Assembly: GCA_002841395.1 (NCBI GenBank)
Contig: PGZM01000003.1
Location: 130,554 to 194,553, forward strand
Source of the DNA: Firmicutes bacterium HGW-Firmicutes-9
GTDB taxonomy: Bacteria; Bacillota; Clostridia; Christensenellales; CAG-138
Direction: 5' to 3'
Length of the DNA: 64,000 nucleotides
Shown here: piece after piece, positions 1 to 10,836 of the stretch
Numbering within the stretch: position 1 is the stretch's first letter
How the letters are laid out: every line of letters begins with the position of its first letter
Translations under genes and position numbers: made by a program
The notes under the pieces: generated by a model
Databases searched by the model: none
Seen by the model: only the letters and a program-made list of their open reading frames with translations
What the model was told of the DNA's origin: nothing

Positions 1-306
1 GATATCCCGATCACCGTGTTTGGAAAACTCGTTGTACTTAGCGCGGCCTTCCAGCGCGGTTGCGCGGCTGACGTCGTGCAGTTCCTCGCGGTCAAACATC
101 GCGGCGAGCGCGATCGCCTGCGGAAAGCTTGTGGCGACGCCCGCGCGGGCGACGCCATGCAGTCCCTCGTTCCACCAGTTGTAGGCAGGAACGCCCAGCC
201 GCTCGATTGCGGGCGCGCCGTAAGCGAGCTGGGACATCTTTTCTTCCAGCGTCATTTGTGCAACGAGCGCACGCGCTTTTGCCAGCGCCGTATCTCTCTG
301 AAACAT
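1..306 (-). CDS. GH3 beta-xylosidase/beta-glucosidase, N-terminal part (runs off the window's left edge)
   Basis: Not in the ORF track. Manual translation from ATG 306 (RBS GGAGGT) gives MFQRDTALAKARALVAQMTLEEKMSQL...IERLGVPAYNWWNEGLHGVARAGVATSFPQAIALAAMFD, the typical GH3 xylosidase N-terminus. Confidence 0.9.
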   Translation of the reverse strand, partial: MFQRDTALAKARALVAQMTLEEKMSQLAYGAPAIERLGVPAYNWWNEGLHGVARAGVATSFPQAIALAAMFDREELHDVSRATALEGRAKYNEFSKHGDRDI

Positions 307-352
307 AGATTACCTCCAGATAAATATAAGTACAAAATTAAGTTGATGGTCG

Positions 353-1468
353 TTAAGTACAAAAACGATTCAGGATTGCGAAATCGATTGCGTTCGATGT
401 TTCGTCTGCGTCACTTAATTTATTGCCGAAACCGGTCGAGAAGCGCAACGTTTCCGCCGATTCCGTTGCCGAAAGACCCATTGCAGTGAGTACGTGAGAG
501 GGGATTCGCTCTCCGGATGCGCAGGCGGCGCGTGCGGAAGCATAGATACCTTTGGCAGATAAGAGAGGCAAAAGCTGCTCGGCAGGTACATCCGGAATCG
601 TGATATTGAGGATGTGCGGAAGCCGCGATGCGCCTGCTCCGTTGACGATTGCGCCGGGATGATGATGCGTCAATAGCTGCTCCAGCCGGTCTCGAACCAG
701 GGAAGACGCAGGCACAGCGGAAAGCTCGACCGCCTTTTGAAACCCGGCAATGGCGGGCAGGTTCTCCGTGCCCGGGCGCAAGCCGCGCTCCTGCGAACCG
801 CCGAAAAACAGCGGAGAAAGGCTTATTTCGTTTCGAACATAGAGAAAACCTACGCCCTTCGGTCCGCCCATCTTGTGCGCGGACGCGGTCAACAGATCGA
901 TTTTGAGCGCGCGCACGTCAAGCGGGATATGACCGTATGCCGCGACCGCGTCGCAATGCAGAGGGATCCGTTTTTCGCGCGTGATGGCGCTGATTTCGTC
1001 GATCGGCTGCAGAACGCCCGTTTCGTTGTTTGCGATTTGCAGGCACACCAGTGCGGTATCCGGCCGGATCATGCGCGCGAGCGCCTCGGCAGAATACCTT
1101 CCATCGGAAGAACAGGGGAGAATCGAAAGAGAAAATCCTTCGCGCGTAAGCGCCTGCGCGGCGGCGAGCACGCTGTGATGCTCCGTGCTGCCGACGATGA
1201 AGTGCTTTTTTTGTCGGCTGGCGCGTAAAACACCGAAAAGTGCGAGATTGTTACCTTCGGTTCCGCCGGAAGTGAAAACGATTTCGTCCGACTCTGAATG
1301 CATGGAAGTAGCGATCGTTTTGCGGCATTCATGGAGCAATTTCTTCGCGGAATAGCCGATGCTATATATAGATGAAGGATTGGCATAAAAGTCGCGAGAA
1401 ACCGCGTCCATAACGTCAAGAACGTCAGGAAAGACAGGAGAGGTTGCCGCATAGTCGAGATAGACCAT
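353..1468 (-). CDS. Cysteine desulfurase (IscS/NifS family, PLP-dependent)
   Basis: YLDYAATSP, FTSGGTEGNN, NNETGVLQP, SAHKMGGPKGVG (PLP Lys), RPGTEN, and catalytic Cys in SARAACASG. Start moved to ATG 1468 behind AAAGGAG. Confidence 0.92.
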   Translation of the reverse strand: MVYLDYAATSPVFPDVLDVMDAVSRDFYANPSSIYSIGYSAKKLLHECRKTIATSMHSESDEIVFTSGGTEGNNLALFGVLRASRQKKHFIVGSTEHHSVLAAAQALTREGFSLSILPCSSDGRYSAEALARMIRPDTALVCLQIANNETGVLQPIDEISAITREKRIPLHCDAVAAYGHIPLDVRALKIDLLTASAHKMGGPKGVGFLYVRNEISLSPLFFGGSQERGLRPGTENLPAIAGFQKAVELSAVPASSLVRDRLEQLLTHHHPGAIVNGAGASRLPHILNITIPDVPAEQLLPLLSAKGIYASARAACASGERIPSHVLTAMGLSATESAETLRFSTGFGNKLSDADETSNAIDFAILNRFCT

Positions 1469-1583
1469 TTGCCGATGTTTCGCTCCTTTTTCGTCCTGTA
1501 GTATCATTTTGCCCCATCGGGCTGCTTAAGTCAATATAAACGCTGAGAAATTAAGCTTAACCAAATTAATTTCAAAATCAATC

Positions 1584-1612
1584 TTGACTTAAACTTAAGC
1601 AGAACCTATAAT
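1584..1612 (+). promoter_or_regulatory. Sigma-A promoter of the sugar ABC operon
   Basis: TTGACT (1584-1589), 17 bp spacer, TATAAT (1607-1612). TTAAGCTTAA and CTTAAACTTAAG boxes lie adjacent or overlap. Confidence 0.75.
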
Positions 1613-1729
1613 GATTATGTCACATCCTTGTACACATCGTGACGAATTCAAGATTCCATTTTATCAGAATCGAATAACTCCCGACGTGTGCATTGTGGCG
1701 CAATTTATAAGGAGGAGTATCAGGAAGCA

Positions 1730-3142
1730 ATGAAAAAGACTATCGCGATCATTCTCTCTCTCGTGCTGGCTCTGTCCACGCTGGCTGCTTGCGCACCCGC
1801 GCCCGCGCCCGCCGCAGAGGAACCCGCTGCAGCGCCTGCCGCTGAAGCAGTAGAAGCCCCCGCCGCAGAAGAACCCATGGCAGAGGGTGACAAGGTCATC
1901 AACATCTACACGTTCACGGACGAAGTTCCGAAGATGCTTGAGAAGTACATCGAAATGCATCCGGATTTCGGCTACACCATCAATGCGACCATCATCGCCA
2001 CCACCGATGGTCTCTACCAGCCCGCTCTCGACCAGGCACTGGCCGCTGGCGGTAAAGATGGCCCCGACATGTACTGCGCAGAATCTGCGTTCGTTCTGAA
2101 GTACACGCAGGGTGACATGAGCAGCTATGCAGCGACCTATGCCGAGCTCGGCATCGATGTCGCGGCAGCGGTTCCGGCAGCTGATATCGCACAGTACACC
2201 GTTGACATCGGCACCCGTCCGAGCGACGGCGCTCTCGTCGGCCTTGGCTATCAGGCAACCGGCGGCGCGTTCATCTATCGCCGTTCGCTGGCGATCGACA
2301 CCTGGGGCACCGACGATCCCGCCGTCATCAAAGACAAGATCGGCCCGGGTTGGGACAAGTTCTTTGCAGCCGCCGCCGATTTGAAGGCGAAGGGCTACGG
2401 CATCGTCTCTGGCGATGGTGATATCTGGCACGCAGTGGAAAACAGCTCCCCGACCGGCTGGATCGTCGACGGCAAGCTGAACATTGACCCCGCTCGTGAA
2501 GCGTTCCTCGATCTGTCCATGCAGCTCAAAGAGAACGGCTACCACAATGACACCCGTGACTGGCAGGAAGCCTGGTTTGCCGACATGGCAGGCACCAGCG
2601 CACAGCCCGCATTCGGCTTCTTCGGACCCGCTTGGCTGATCAACTACGTCATGGCCGGTAACTCCGGCGGTACGGCGCCTGGCGAAGGCACCTACGGCGA
2701 TTGGGCAGTCTGCGAACCGCCGATCGGCTTCTTCTGGGGCGGCACGTGGGTTCTGGCCAGCAAGGATTCCGCTAAGAAGGAAGCCGTTGGCAAACTCATC
2801 GAGTGGATCACCCTTGACACCAGCGAAGAAGGTCTGCAGTACAAGTGGGCGAACGGCACCCTCAACGGCGAAGGCGGCACGAAAGACACCGTTGCTTCCG
2901 GCGTTGTGATGGCGAAGTCCAATGGCGAACTCCCGTTCCTCGGTGGCCAGAACATGTTTGACGTGTTCGTCCCGTCGAACCAGTTTGCAAACGGCAAGAA
3001 CCTGACCCAGTATGACGAGACGATCAACAACCTCTGGCGTGACCAGGTCCGTCAGTACACGGCTGGCAACGTCACCCGTGACGAAGCAATCGCCGCGTTC
3101 AAACAGGCTGTTGTCGATACTCTGGGCATCGAAGCCAACTAA
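1730..3142 (+). CDS. Carbohydrate ABC transporter substrate-binding lipoprotein
   Basis: Start MKKTIAII after AAGGAGG, lipobox LAAC, Ala/Pro/Glu-rich linker, WGGTW motif, and two permease genes downstream. Confidence 0.9.
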   Translation: MKKTIAIILSLVLALSTLAACAPAPAPAAEEPAAAPAAEAVEAPAAEEPMAEGDKVINIYTFTDEVPKMLEKYIEMHPDFGYTINATIIATTDGLYQPALDQALAAGGKDGPDMYCAESAFVLKYTQGDMSSYAATYAELGIDVAAAVPAADIAQYTVDIGTRPSDGALVGLGYQATGGAFIYRRSLAIDTWGTDDPAVIKDKIGPGWDKFFAAAADLKAKGYGIVSGDGDIWHAVENSSPTGWIVDGKLNIDPAREAFLDLSMQLKENGYHNDTRDWQEAWFADMAGTSAQPAFGFFGPAWLINYVMAGNSGGTAPGEGTYGDWAVCEPPIGFFWGGTWVLASKDSAKKEAVGKLIEWITLDTSEEGLQYKWANGTLNGEGGTKDTVASGVVMAKSNGELPFLGGQNMFDVFVPSNQFANGKNLTQYDETINNLWRDQVRQYTAGNVTRDEAIAAFKQAVVDTLGIEAN

Positions 3143-3183
3143 GAGGCAACTGTTTTCACCGAACCAAAATTGGTATATGATGA

Positions 3184-3218
3184 GTGTGGACGGACGGAGT
3201 TCTTCCGTCCGTCCACAC
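3184..3218 (+). other. Perfect 15-bp intercistronic hairpin (mRNA stabiliser or partial terminator)
   Basis: GTGTGGACGGACGGA-gttct-TCCGTCCGTCCACAC, with no U-tract. Confidence 0.6.
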
Positions 3219-3260
3219 CCGCATGAACCGGATCAAATCTCACCATAGGGGGAAGCGGCC

Positions 3261-4247
3261 ATGCCTCTCAAGAAAGAAGGAAAACCCAAGATCAAAGGCG
3301 TTAGCTACGCCAAATACGGCTATCTATTTAGTTTGCCATTCGTTATTGTATTCCTCGTTTTCATGTTATATCCTACGTTGTTCACCGCGGTCATTGGTTT
3401 TACGGATTTTAAAGGTGTTGTGGCAACGTCATTTAAGTTTCTGGAACAGCCGTTTGACAACTTTGCCAGCATTTTTGCGAACAAGACGTTCCGGACTTCT
3501 CTGGTCAATACCATCGTCATTTGGACGATGAACTTCATTCCGCAGATGGGCCTCGCGCTATTACTGACTGCCTGGTTTACCAACCGCAGCCGGAGGATTC
3601 GCGGCCAGGGTGCGTTTAAAGTTCTCTTTTATCTACCGAACATTATCACCGCGGCATCCGTGGCGATCTTATATGGGGTCATCTTTGCATACCCGATTGG
3701 TCCGATCAATGACATTTTGCAGTCGTTACATCTGCTCAAAGCGCCATTTGATTTCTCGACCAGCCCGTGGGCCGCGAAGTTTGTCGTTGCGTTTATTCAA
3801 TTCTGGCAGTGGTATGGATACACGACGATCATCTTGATCTCCGGTGTGTTGGGCATCAACCCCGAACTGTTCGAGGCAGCGGAAATCGACGGCGCATCCC
3901 CGCGTCAAACGTTCTTCCAGATCACGTTGCCGTGTATGCGCACAATCCTGATCTTCACGCTGATTACAAGCCTCATCGGCGGCTTGAACATGTTTGATAT
4001 TCCGAAGCTGTATATCTGGAACGGCGGACCCGCGAATGCGACCATGACCACAAGCGTGTTCATCTATGCGCAGGCGTTCTCCGGCACCTACCTGTACAAT
4101 AAGGCGGCTGCGGCGAGTATGATCATGTTTGTGATCATCGCGATTCTCTCGGCGTTTACCTTCTTCTTAATGCGTGACCGCTCGGAGGCCAGAGCCATTC
4201 GCGCGATGAAGCGCATGGAGAAGCTTAAGAAGGGGGCGGCAGTATGA
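3261..4247 (+). CDS. Carbohydrate ABC transporter permease
   Basis: Several TM segments and EAA loop ELFEAAEIDGAS. Confidence 0.93.
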   Translation: MPLKKEGKPKIKGVSYAKYGYLFSLPFVIVFLVFMLYPTLFTAVIGFTDFKGVVATSFKFLEQPFDNFASIFANKTFRTSLVNTIVIWTMNFIPQMGLALLLTAWFTNRSRRIRGQGAFKVLFYLPNIITAASVAILYGVIFAYPIGPINDILQSLHLLKAPFDFSTSPWAAKFVVAFIQFWQWYGYTTIILISGVLGINPELFEAAEIDGASPRQTFFQITLPCMRTILIFTLITSLIGGLNMFDIPKLYIWNGGPANATMTTSVFIYAQAFSGTYLYNKAAAASMIMFVIIAILSAFTFFLMRDRSEARAIRAMKRMEKLKKGAAV

Positions 4248-5077
4248 AACTCAGACGTAAAGTAAACATTGGAATCTATATCGTTTGCGGGATACTCGCA
4301 ATTCTGAGCATCATGCCATTCTGGATCATGATCGTCAACGCAACGCGCAGCACGGTTCAGATCCAACAGCACGCGGTCTCCCTGATTCCCTCGACGCACA
4401 TTCTGGAAAACTGGAAAGTGCTTACGGGCAAGACGTTCAACCCGTTCACGGGCTTCATAAACTCCGTGATCATCTCAACCGGCGCGACAGCTTGTGCAGT
4501 CTATTTCTCAACGCTGACTGCCTACGCACTGGTTGCTTATGAATGGAAGATGCGCCAGCCGTTCTTCACCGTGATCCTCGCGGTCATGATGATTCCGACG
4601 CAGGTCATCAGTATCGGCTTCTATCAGTTCATGTACCGGATCGGTATGACGAACAACCTTCTGGCGTTGATCCTTCCGGCGATCGCCGCGCCAATGACGG
4701 TGTTCTTCATGCGACAATACATGCTGCCATCGCTCAATCTCGACATTGTGGCTTCGGCGCGCATTGACGGCGCGGGCGAATTCCGCACATTCAACAGCAT
4801 TGTATTGCCGATTATGAAACCCGCAATGGCGACGCAGGCGATCTTCACCTACGTGATCTCGTGGAACGCCCTCTTCATGCCGATGATTCTCTTAACGAAG
4901 AAAGAGAATTACACCATGCCGGTCATGGTCAGCCTTTTGAAAGGCGACATTTACAAGACCGAGTACGGCGCGGTATATCTGGCGCTGACGCTGTCCATTT
5001 TGCCGCTGTTCATCGTGTACTTCCTGCTTTCGAAGTACATCATCGCGGGCGTTGCGCTCGGCTCCGTCAAAGAGTAA
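4244..5077 (+). CDS. Carbohydrate ABC transporter permease
   Basis: EAA-like loop DIVASARIDGAGEFRTF. ATGA overlap with the upstream gene. Confidence 0.93.
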   Translation: MKLRRKVNIGIYIVCGILAILSIMPFWIMIVNATRSTVQIQQHAVSLIPSTHILENWKVLTGKTFNPFTGFINSVIISTGATACAVYFSTLTAYALVAYEWKMRQPFFTVILAVMMIPTQVISIGFYQFMYRIGMTNNLLALILPAIAAPMTVFFMRQYMLPSLNLDIVASARIDGAGEFRTFNSIVLPIMKPAMATQAIFTYVISWNALFMPMILLTKKENYTMPVMVSLLKGDIYKTEYGAVYLALTLSILPLFIVYFLLSKYIIAGVALGSVKE

Positions 5078-5154
5078 AATCAACAATAGAGTTCATTCGG
5101 GGCGCCTGTCCTCTCTTGGGACGGGCGCTTTTCCGATAACAGGAGGCATGTTTC

Positions 5155-5811
5155 ATGAAAGAGAGATTCCGTTGGCTCCGCGCGGGTTTCGTCAACACGC
5201 TGACTTTTCTCGGGGATATCGTGATTCTCAACCTGCTCTTTCTGGTTTGCTCGATTCCGATCGTGACGATCGGCGCCGCTGCAACCGCCTGCTATGCGGG
5301 TGTGAGCAGAACGCTGCAAAAGCGGGAGACAGGGTTCGTCTATAAGGCGTTCTTCGCGGACTTCCGCGCGGCGTTTCGTCAATCCACCGCGGCCTGGCTT
5401 TTGGAGCTTGTGGTGTTTGCGATTCTCGCGGGGGATATTTGGTTTGCGATTGCGTATTCCGAGCCGGACAACAAGTTTTTCCTAATATTCGCGCTCATCG
5501 TAGGCGTTGGCGTGTTGATGGCGTCGCTATGGTTTTATCCGCTGGTTGCGCGCTTTCAAAACACGCTGGGCACACAGCTCAAAAACGCATTTCTGCTTGC
5601 GTTCGCGCAGTTTCCGCGCACGCTGCTTGCGCTTGTAATGTGGGTCGTGACGTTCGCGCTGCCGCTTCTAGTCTACGAAGTGTTTGTCTATCTCGGCTGG
5701 CTTTGGCTGCTGGGCGGGTTTGCATTGCCGATGTATTGGACGGTGAAACTCTTCCGCAAAATACTGCATCTGGAAAAAGCGAAGGAAGACGCGCCTGCGA
5801 TAGAGGATTGA
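5155..5811 (+). CDS. YesL/DUF624 family membrane protein
   Basis: LNLLFLVCSIPIVTIGAA signature. This family commonly accompanies sugar ABC operons. Confidence 0.85.
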   Translation: MKERFRWLRAGFVNTLTFLGDIVILNLLFLVCSIPIVTIGAAATACYAGVSRTLQKRETGFVYKAFFADFRAAFRQSTAAWLLELVVFAILAGDIWFAIAYSEPDNKFFLIFALIVGVGVLMASLWFYPLVARFQNTLGTQLKNAFLLAFAQFPRTLLALVMWVVTFALPLLVYEVFVYLGWLWLLGGFALPMYWTVKLFRKILHLEKAKEDAPAIED

Positions 5812-5850
5812 TGTTCTCTTAAATAAGAACGCGTGAATCGTAGTGAAACA

Positions 5851-5880
5851 AAAAAAGCACCGAATTGTCGGTGCTTTTTG
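5851..5880. terminator. Bidirectional intrinsic terminator
   Basis: AAAAAAGCACCGA-attg-TCGGTGCTTTTTG between convergent genes. Confidence 0.8.
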
Positions 5881-5894
5881 TCTTATAGTGAGTT

Positions 5895-7235
5895 CTACAG
5901 GTTTTCGCCGTTGGTTTCGACGACGGAGCGATACCAGAAAGCGCTGTCCTTGGGTTGACGCTCCAGCGTCTGATAATCGACAAAAAACAGTCCGAAGCGC
6001 TCCTTGTAGCCGTCGGCCCACTCGAAGTTATCGATCAGGCTCCAGTGGAAGTAGCCGCGGATGTCGACGCCGTCTTCGCCCGCGCGCTTGAGCTCGCGCA
6101 GATAGCGCTGCAGAAAATCGATGCGATCCGGGTCGTGCACCTTGCCGTCGAGATATACCTTGTCGTTGCAACTCAGGCCGTTTTCCGTGATGTAAACCGG
6201 CAGCTGATACCGCTCGTAGATGAATTTGGTGCAATAATGCATCATCGTCGGCGTGATCGCCCAGCGCAGCGCTGTAGTCGGAGAACCGCGATAGAAGGGC
6301 ACCTGTTCCGGTCCGTTTTTTCCGGCGCGGACGACATATGCGTTATAGAAGTTTAGCCCGATGAAGTCGATCGGTTGCTGGATGATCGCAAGATCCTCTT
6401 TGGTGATCTCCGGCGAATCGAAAAACGGATGGTCCGGATATCGCCCGAATAGAGCGGGATCGAGGAAAGCATTCTGCGAGAATAGAGTGAAGTTTCCGTA
6501 TGCTCCGAACGAGAACATAGCGGTTCTGGCAGCCTCGATATCCGCTTCGCTCTCACGTTCTGGCACACAACCAAGCCCGCAGGAAGCAAGACCGATCTGC
6601 GCGGAGGGATCGGCTTTTCGCACGGCCTGCACCATCATACCGTGCGCTAGCATCGCGTTGTGCCAGCAGGTAAGCAGGGGAGCGCCGCTCAGCGTTTTTC
6701 CCGGTGCATGCCAGCCGGCCTCGTAACCGAGGCCGATAAAGCACTGCGGCTCGTTGAGCGTGAAATAGTGATAGACGCGTCCGTGAAAGTGTTCGGCGAC
6801 GACGCCGGCGAATTGCGCAAGCAGCCGTGCCGTCTCGCGATTCTGCCAGCCGCCTTCGTCTTCCAGCGCCTGCGGCGTATCCCAGTGAAAGAGGGTTACC
6901 CAGGGTGTGATGCCATTTTGCAGCAGCAGATCGACCACCTTGTCATAATAGGCAAAGCCGCGTTCGTTGAACGTTCTTCCGTCAGGGAAGATGCGCGTCC
7001 AGCTGATGCCGAAACGATAGTGCTTGACGCCCAGAAGCTTGAGCGCTTCGAGATCCTCTTCAAAACGATGATAGCTGTCGCAGGCGATATCGCCCGTGTG
7101 CCCATCAAAGGTTTTCTCTGGCGTATGGGAAAACGTGTCCCACACGCTCGGTCCGCGCCCGTCCTCGCTGGCGGCGCCTTCAATCTGGTAGGCGGCGCTT
7201 GCCGCACCCCAGAGAAAATCGGTTGGAAATGACAT
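5895..7235 (-). CDS. GH1 beta-glucosidase
   Basis: FLWGAASAAYQIEG, TLNEP (acid/base), YITENG (nucleophile), WSLIDNFEW. Confidence 0.95.
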   Translation of the reverse strand: MSFPTDFLWGAASAAYQIEGAASEDGRGPSVWDTFSHTPEKTFDGHTGDIACDSYHRFEEDLEALKLLGVKHYRFGISWTRIFPDGRTFNERGFAYYDKVVDLLLQNGITPWVTLFHWDTPQALEDEGGWQNRETARLLAQFAGVVAEHFHGRVYHYFTLNEPQCFIGLGYEAGWHAPGKTLSGAPLLTCWHNAMLAHGMMVQAVRKADPSAQIGLASCGLGCVPERESEADIEAARTAMFSFGAYGNFTLFSQNAFLDPALFGRYPDHPFFDSPEITKEDLAIIQQPIDFIGLNFYNAYVVRAGKNGPEQVPFYRGSPTTALRWAITPTMMHYCTKFIYERYQLPVYITENGLSCNDKVYLDGKVHDPDRIDFLQRYLRELKRAGEDGVDIRGYFHWSLIDNFEWADGYKERFGLFFVDYQTLERQPKDSAFWYRSVVETNGENL

Positions 7236-7247
7236 ATCGTTCTCCTG

Positions 7248-9683
7248 TTAACCCATGACCACTTTAACGATGCGATCCGTCTTCGTGCTGTCAAGCGGGA
7301 TGATGTTGCCTTCGATTTTCACTCCATCCACGACCAGCGAACAAACGCCTTTGCTGACGCCGTCGGGTTTCTCGACCGTGATGTGATAGCGCACACCGCG
7401 ATACAACCGCTCGCAGGTGAAGTCCTTGATCGAGGAGGGCAGGCAGGGATCGATCGCAAGACCGCTCAATGTCGGACGAATGCCGAGGATGTATTGGCTG
7501 ACGTTGGTAAACGTCCATGCGGCGGTACCTGTGAGCCAGCTGTTCTTGCCTTCGCCGAACGTCGGCGCGTCGCAGCCAGCGACCATCTGACAGTAAACAT
7601 ACGGCTCCGTGCGGCGCGTATCGCTGATCTCTTCCACATAAGCGGGACAGGTGCGCGTATAGACCTCAAACGCGCGGTCGCCATTACCCATCACCGTTTC
7701 AGCGCAGCTGATCCAGGGATTGTTATGGCAGAAGATGCCGGCGTTTTCTTTGTATCCCGGCGGGTAGGAGCTGATTTCGCCCAGCTCGACGTGATAGCGT
7801 GTATAGGCGGGCTGCTGCATCACGATGCCGTGCTTTGTATCTAGGCGTTTTTTGACGCTCGCGAGCGCGCGCGCAGCGAGGCCTTCGGCAACGCCGATAC
7901 CGGCCATGACGCACATACCCTGCGGCTCGATGAAAATTTGACCCTCCTCGCAGAGGCTGCTGCCGACGGGCTTGCCAAACGCATCATAGGCTCTGCGGAA
8001 CCATTCGCCGTCCCAGCCCGCGTTCAGCACCGCGTCATACATCTCCTTGACTTCGCAGCGGGCGCGTTCGGCCTCTGCGTTCAGCCCGAGATAATCGCAG
8101 ATTTGCGCGTATTCTTCGCCGTACTTCACGAACATGCCCGCGATGAAAACGCTCTCTGCAACGGGGCCTTCGCTCGGTCCGAACGTCTGGAAGCTTTCGC
8201 CCGGCTCCGTCGAGAAGCAGTTGAGATTCAGGCAGTCGTTCCAGTCCGCGCGACCGATCAGCGGCAGCGCATGCGGGCCTTTGTGCGTTACGGTGTACTG
8301 AAAACTCCTGCGTAGGTGCTCCATCAACGGTTGGGCAAGCGCGGGATCGTTGTCAAAATCCACCATCTCGTCGAGGATGGAGAAATCACCCGTTTCGCGC
8401 AGATAGGCGGCTGTTCCCGCGATGAGCCAGAGGGGATCGTCGTTGAACCCTGTGCCGACGTCCGCATTGCCGCGCTTGGTCAGCGGCTGATATTGATGAT
8501 ACGCGCTGCCGTCGGGGAACTGCGTCGCCGCGATGTCGAGGATGCGCTCTCTTGCTCTCTCGGGAATCAGGTGGACGAAGCCCAGCAGATCCTGACAGGA
8601 ATCGCGGAAGCCCATGCCGCGGCCAAGACCGCTCTCAAAATAGCTCGCGCTGCGACTCATATTGAACGTGACCATGCACTGGTATTGATTCCAGATATTG
8701 ACCATGCGGTCGAGCTTTTCGTCGCTCGACTGAATCGTAAAGCGGGAAAGCAGCCCTTCCCAATGCGCGGCAAGCTCTGCAAACGCCGCGTCAAACTGCG
8801 CGTCGGTTTCGTACTTGGCAAGCAGCTTGTCAGCGGGCGCTTTGTTGATCACGTTCGGCGCGATGAACTTCTCTTCCACCGGGTTCTCGCAATAGCCGAG
8901 CGTGAAGATATAGCGCTTCGATTCGCCGGGCGCGAGCGTTACGCGGATGTGGTGGCTGCCGATGGGCTGCCAGCCATGCGCGATGCTGTTCTTGCTTTCG
9001 CCGGAGAGTACGACCTCGGGATCGGCGAAGCTTTTGTATGCGCCGCAGAACGCGTTGCGGTCGGTGTCAAAACCATCGACCGGCGTGTTGACCGAAAAGA
9101 CAGCAAAGTGGTTGCGCCGTTCGCGATACTCGCTTTTGTGATAGATACGGCTGCCTTCCACCTCGACTTCGCCGATGGAGTAGTTGCGCTGGAAATTGCT
9201 CATGTCGTCCAGTGCGTTCCAGAGGCAGAATTCGATGGCGGAGAAGAGGTCTATTTTTTTCTCCGCGTCGCTCTCGTTGGTGAGCGTGACGCGCGTGAGT
9301 TCGCAGTTGTCATCCACGGGGACAAACGTCTCCTGCGTGCAGGCGAGGCCGTCTTTTGCGCTCTCCAGTATGGTGTAACCAAGCCCGTGGCGGCAACGAA
9401 ATCGATTAAGTTCCGCACGAACAGGCTGCCAACCGGGGGTCCATACCGACCCCCCGTCATTGACGTAGAAGTAATGTCCGTTGATGTCAATTGGATTTTC
9501 GTTGTAGCGATATCGCGTCAAACGAAGCAGTTTTGCATCTTTATAGAAACAATAACCGCCCGACGTGTTCGAAATGAGACGAAAAAAATCCCGCGAACCA
9601 AGGTAGTTGATCCACGGGAGCGGTGTCTTTGGCGTCGCAATCACATATTCCCGGGCAGTGTCGTTGAAAACCCCGTACTTCAT
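7248..9683 (-). CDS. GH94 glycoside phosphorylase, cellobiose phosphorylase-like
   Basis: 811 aa with [46 protein letters not shown] and WLTGTAAW. Confidence 0.92.
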   Translation of the reverse strand: MKYGVFNDTAREYVIATPKTPLPWINYLGSRDFFRLISNTSGGYCFYKDAKLLRLTRYRYNENPIDINGHYFYVNDGGSVWTPGWQPVRAELNRFRCRHGLGYTILESAKDGLACTQETFVPVDDNCELTRVTLTNESDAEKKIDLFSAIEFCLWNALDDMSNFQRNYSIGEVEVEGSRIYHKSEYRERRNHFAVFSVNTPVDGFDTDRNAFCGAYKSFADPEVVLSGESKNSIAHGWQPIGSHHIRVTLAPGESKRYIFTLGYCENPVEEKFIAPNVINKAPADKLLAKYETDAQFDAAFAELAAHWEGLLSRFTIQSSDEKLDRMVNIWNQYQCMVTFNMSRSASYFESGLGRGMGFRDSCQDLLGFVHLIPERARERILDIAATQFPDGSAYHQYQPLTKRGNADVGTGFNDDPLWLIAGTAAYLRETGDFSILDEMVDFDNDPALAQPLMEHLRRSFQYTVTHKGPHALPLIGRADWNDCLNLNCFSTEPGESFQTFGPSEGPVAESVFIAGMFVKYGEEYAQICDYLGLNAEAERARCEVKEMYDAVLNAGWDGEWFRRAYDAFGKPVGSSLCEEGQIFIEPQGMCVMAGIGVAEGLAARALASVKKRLDTKHGIVMQQPAYTRYHVELGEISSYPPGYKENAGIFCHNNPWISCAETVMGNGDRAFEVYTRTCPAYVEEISDTRRTEPYVYCQMVAGCDAPTFGEGKNSWLTGTAAWTFTNVSQYILGIRPTLSGLAIDPCLPSSIKDFTCERLYRGVRYHITVEKPDGVSKGVCSLVVDGVKIEGNIIPLDSTKTDRIVKVVMG

Positions 9684-9774
9684 TCAAGAGCCTCCGTATT
9701 GAATTTATCCACTATCGAAAAGATAGCGCGCAGACCGGCGATGCTGCCCGCCCGCGCGCAATTGGATTTCTGAT

Positions 9775-10836
9775 TTATTCGCGCGGTTTGCGGCAGCCGA
9801 CGCTCTTGCGCTCCTTGAGCTGCAGAGAGAGAGCGACTTTCATTAAGCCGGATTCCTGGCTGGTCTGGATGGTGTCGCCCGCTTCGATGCGCGTATGCAG
9901 CAGATCGACCGAGATTCTGCCGAGACGTTCTTTGAACGCGTGCATGGTGGTGATCGGCGGATCGATCATTTCGCAGATCTGCACGTCGTCAAATCCCATC
10001 ACGGAGACGTCTTCCGGCACGCGGTATCCGCTCTCTTTGAGCACGCGGATAAAGGCCGCGGCCAGCATGTCGTTTTCGCAGAAGAACGCTTCGGCCGGTG
10101 TATTGCCCGCGCGCAGCCACGCAAAGATGTCTTCGCGCGCTTTGTCGGGGGAGATGTCCACGTCGATGACCTGCAACGGCGCAAGACCTTCGTCCTTATG
10201 CTCCGTCATGGAAAGATGGATGCCCAGCTCGCGGTCGTCAAAGTTGACGATGCGCTGCTTGGAGCGAAGATAGCCGATCTTCTTGTGTCCGCAGTTGATC
10301 AGATAACTCACCGCGGATTTCACGCCGTATGTGTTATCGTTGCCGACACAGTCGACATACGCCGAGAACAGGAAGTTGTCGATGATGACCAGCGGCACAT
10401 TGCCGTGGGTATAAAACTGTAAAAAAGCGTCGCGCTGCGCAGAGGTGATGTCCGTGCCGAGCATAACCACGCCGCAGGCGTCAGATAAGATTCGCTTCAC
10501 CTGATCTTCCCACGGTTGATCCGCATAGAAGTAGTGCACGAGAATGCGGTAGCCCATCTCTTTTGCGGCGGCTTCCGCTCCGCGCATGACAAAGGTGGAG
10601 AACGTCGTCTGCTCCGCCACGCCGACACCGACGTAGATGACGAAGCTGACGATATTTTTCGCCTGCCGCTCACTCTGACGCGATTTCGGGGTAACATAAC
10701 CAAGCTTCGTAGCCGCAGCGAGCACCTTGGTGCGCGTTTCGGAACTGACGCCGGGTTTTCCGTTAAGTGCCATTGAGACAGCGGCGGTGGAGATGCCAAG
10801 CATGTTGGCGAGGTCGCGAGCTGTTACGTCTGCCAT
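9775..10836 (-). CDS. LacI family transcriptional regulator
   Basis: HTH VTARDLANMLGISTAAVSMALNGKPGVS and C-terminal VPEDVSVMGFDD. Start moved to ATG 10836. Confidence 0.93.
   Translation of the reverse strand: MADVTARDLANMLGISTAAVSMALNGKPGVSSETRTKVLAAATKLGYVTPKSRQSERQAKNIVSFVIYVGVGVAEQTTFSTFVMRGAEAAAKEMGYRILVHYFYADQPWEDQVKRILSDACGVVMLGTDITSAQRDAFLQFYTHGNVPLVIIDNFLFSAYVDCVGNDNTYGVKSAVSYLINCGHKKIGYLRSKQRIVNFDDRELGIHLSMTEHKDEGLAPLQVIDVDISPDKAREDIFAWLRAGNTPAEAFFCENDMLAAAFIRVLKESGYRVPEDVSVMGFDDVQICEMIDPPITTMHAFKERLGRISVDLLHTRIEAGDTIQTSQESGLMKVALSLQLKERKSVGCRKPRE

Noticed and set aside
1790..1880. Repetitive GCC/CCC-rich tract
   Set aside because: It encodes the ordinary Ala/Pro/Glu linker of a lipoprotein, not a DNA repeat element or CRISPR.
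8316..9773. 485-aa plus-strand ORF
   Set aside because: It is the antisense shadow of the GH94 gene, has no motifs, and is expected from GC-rich codon bias.
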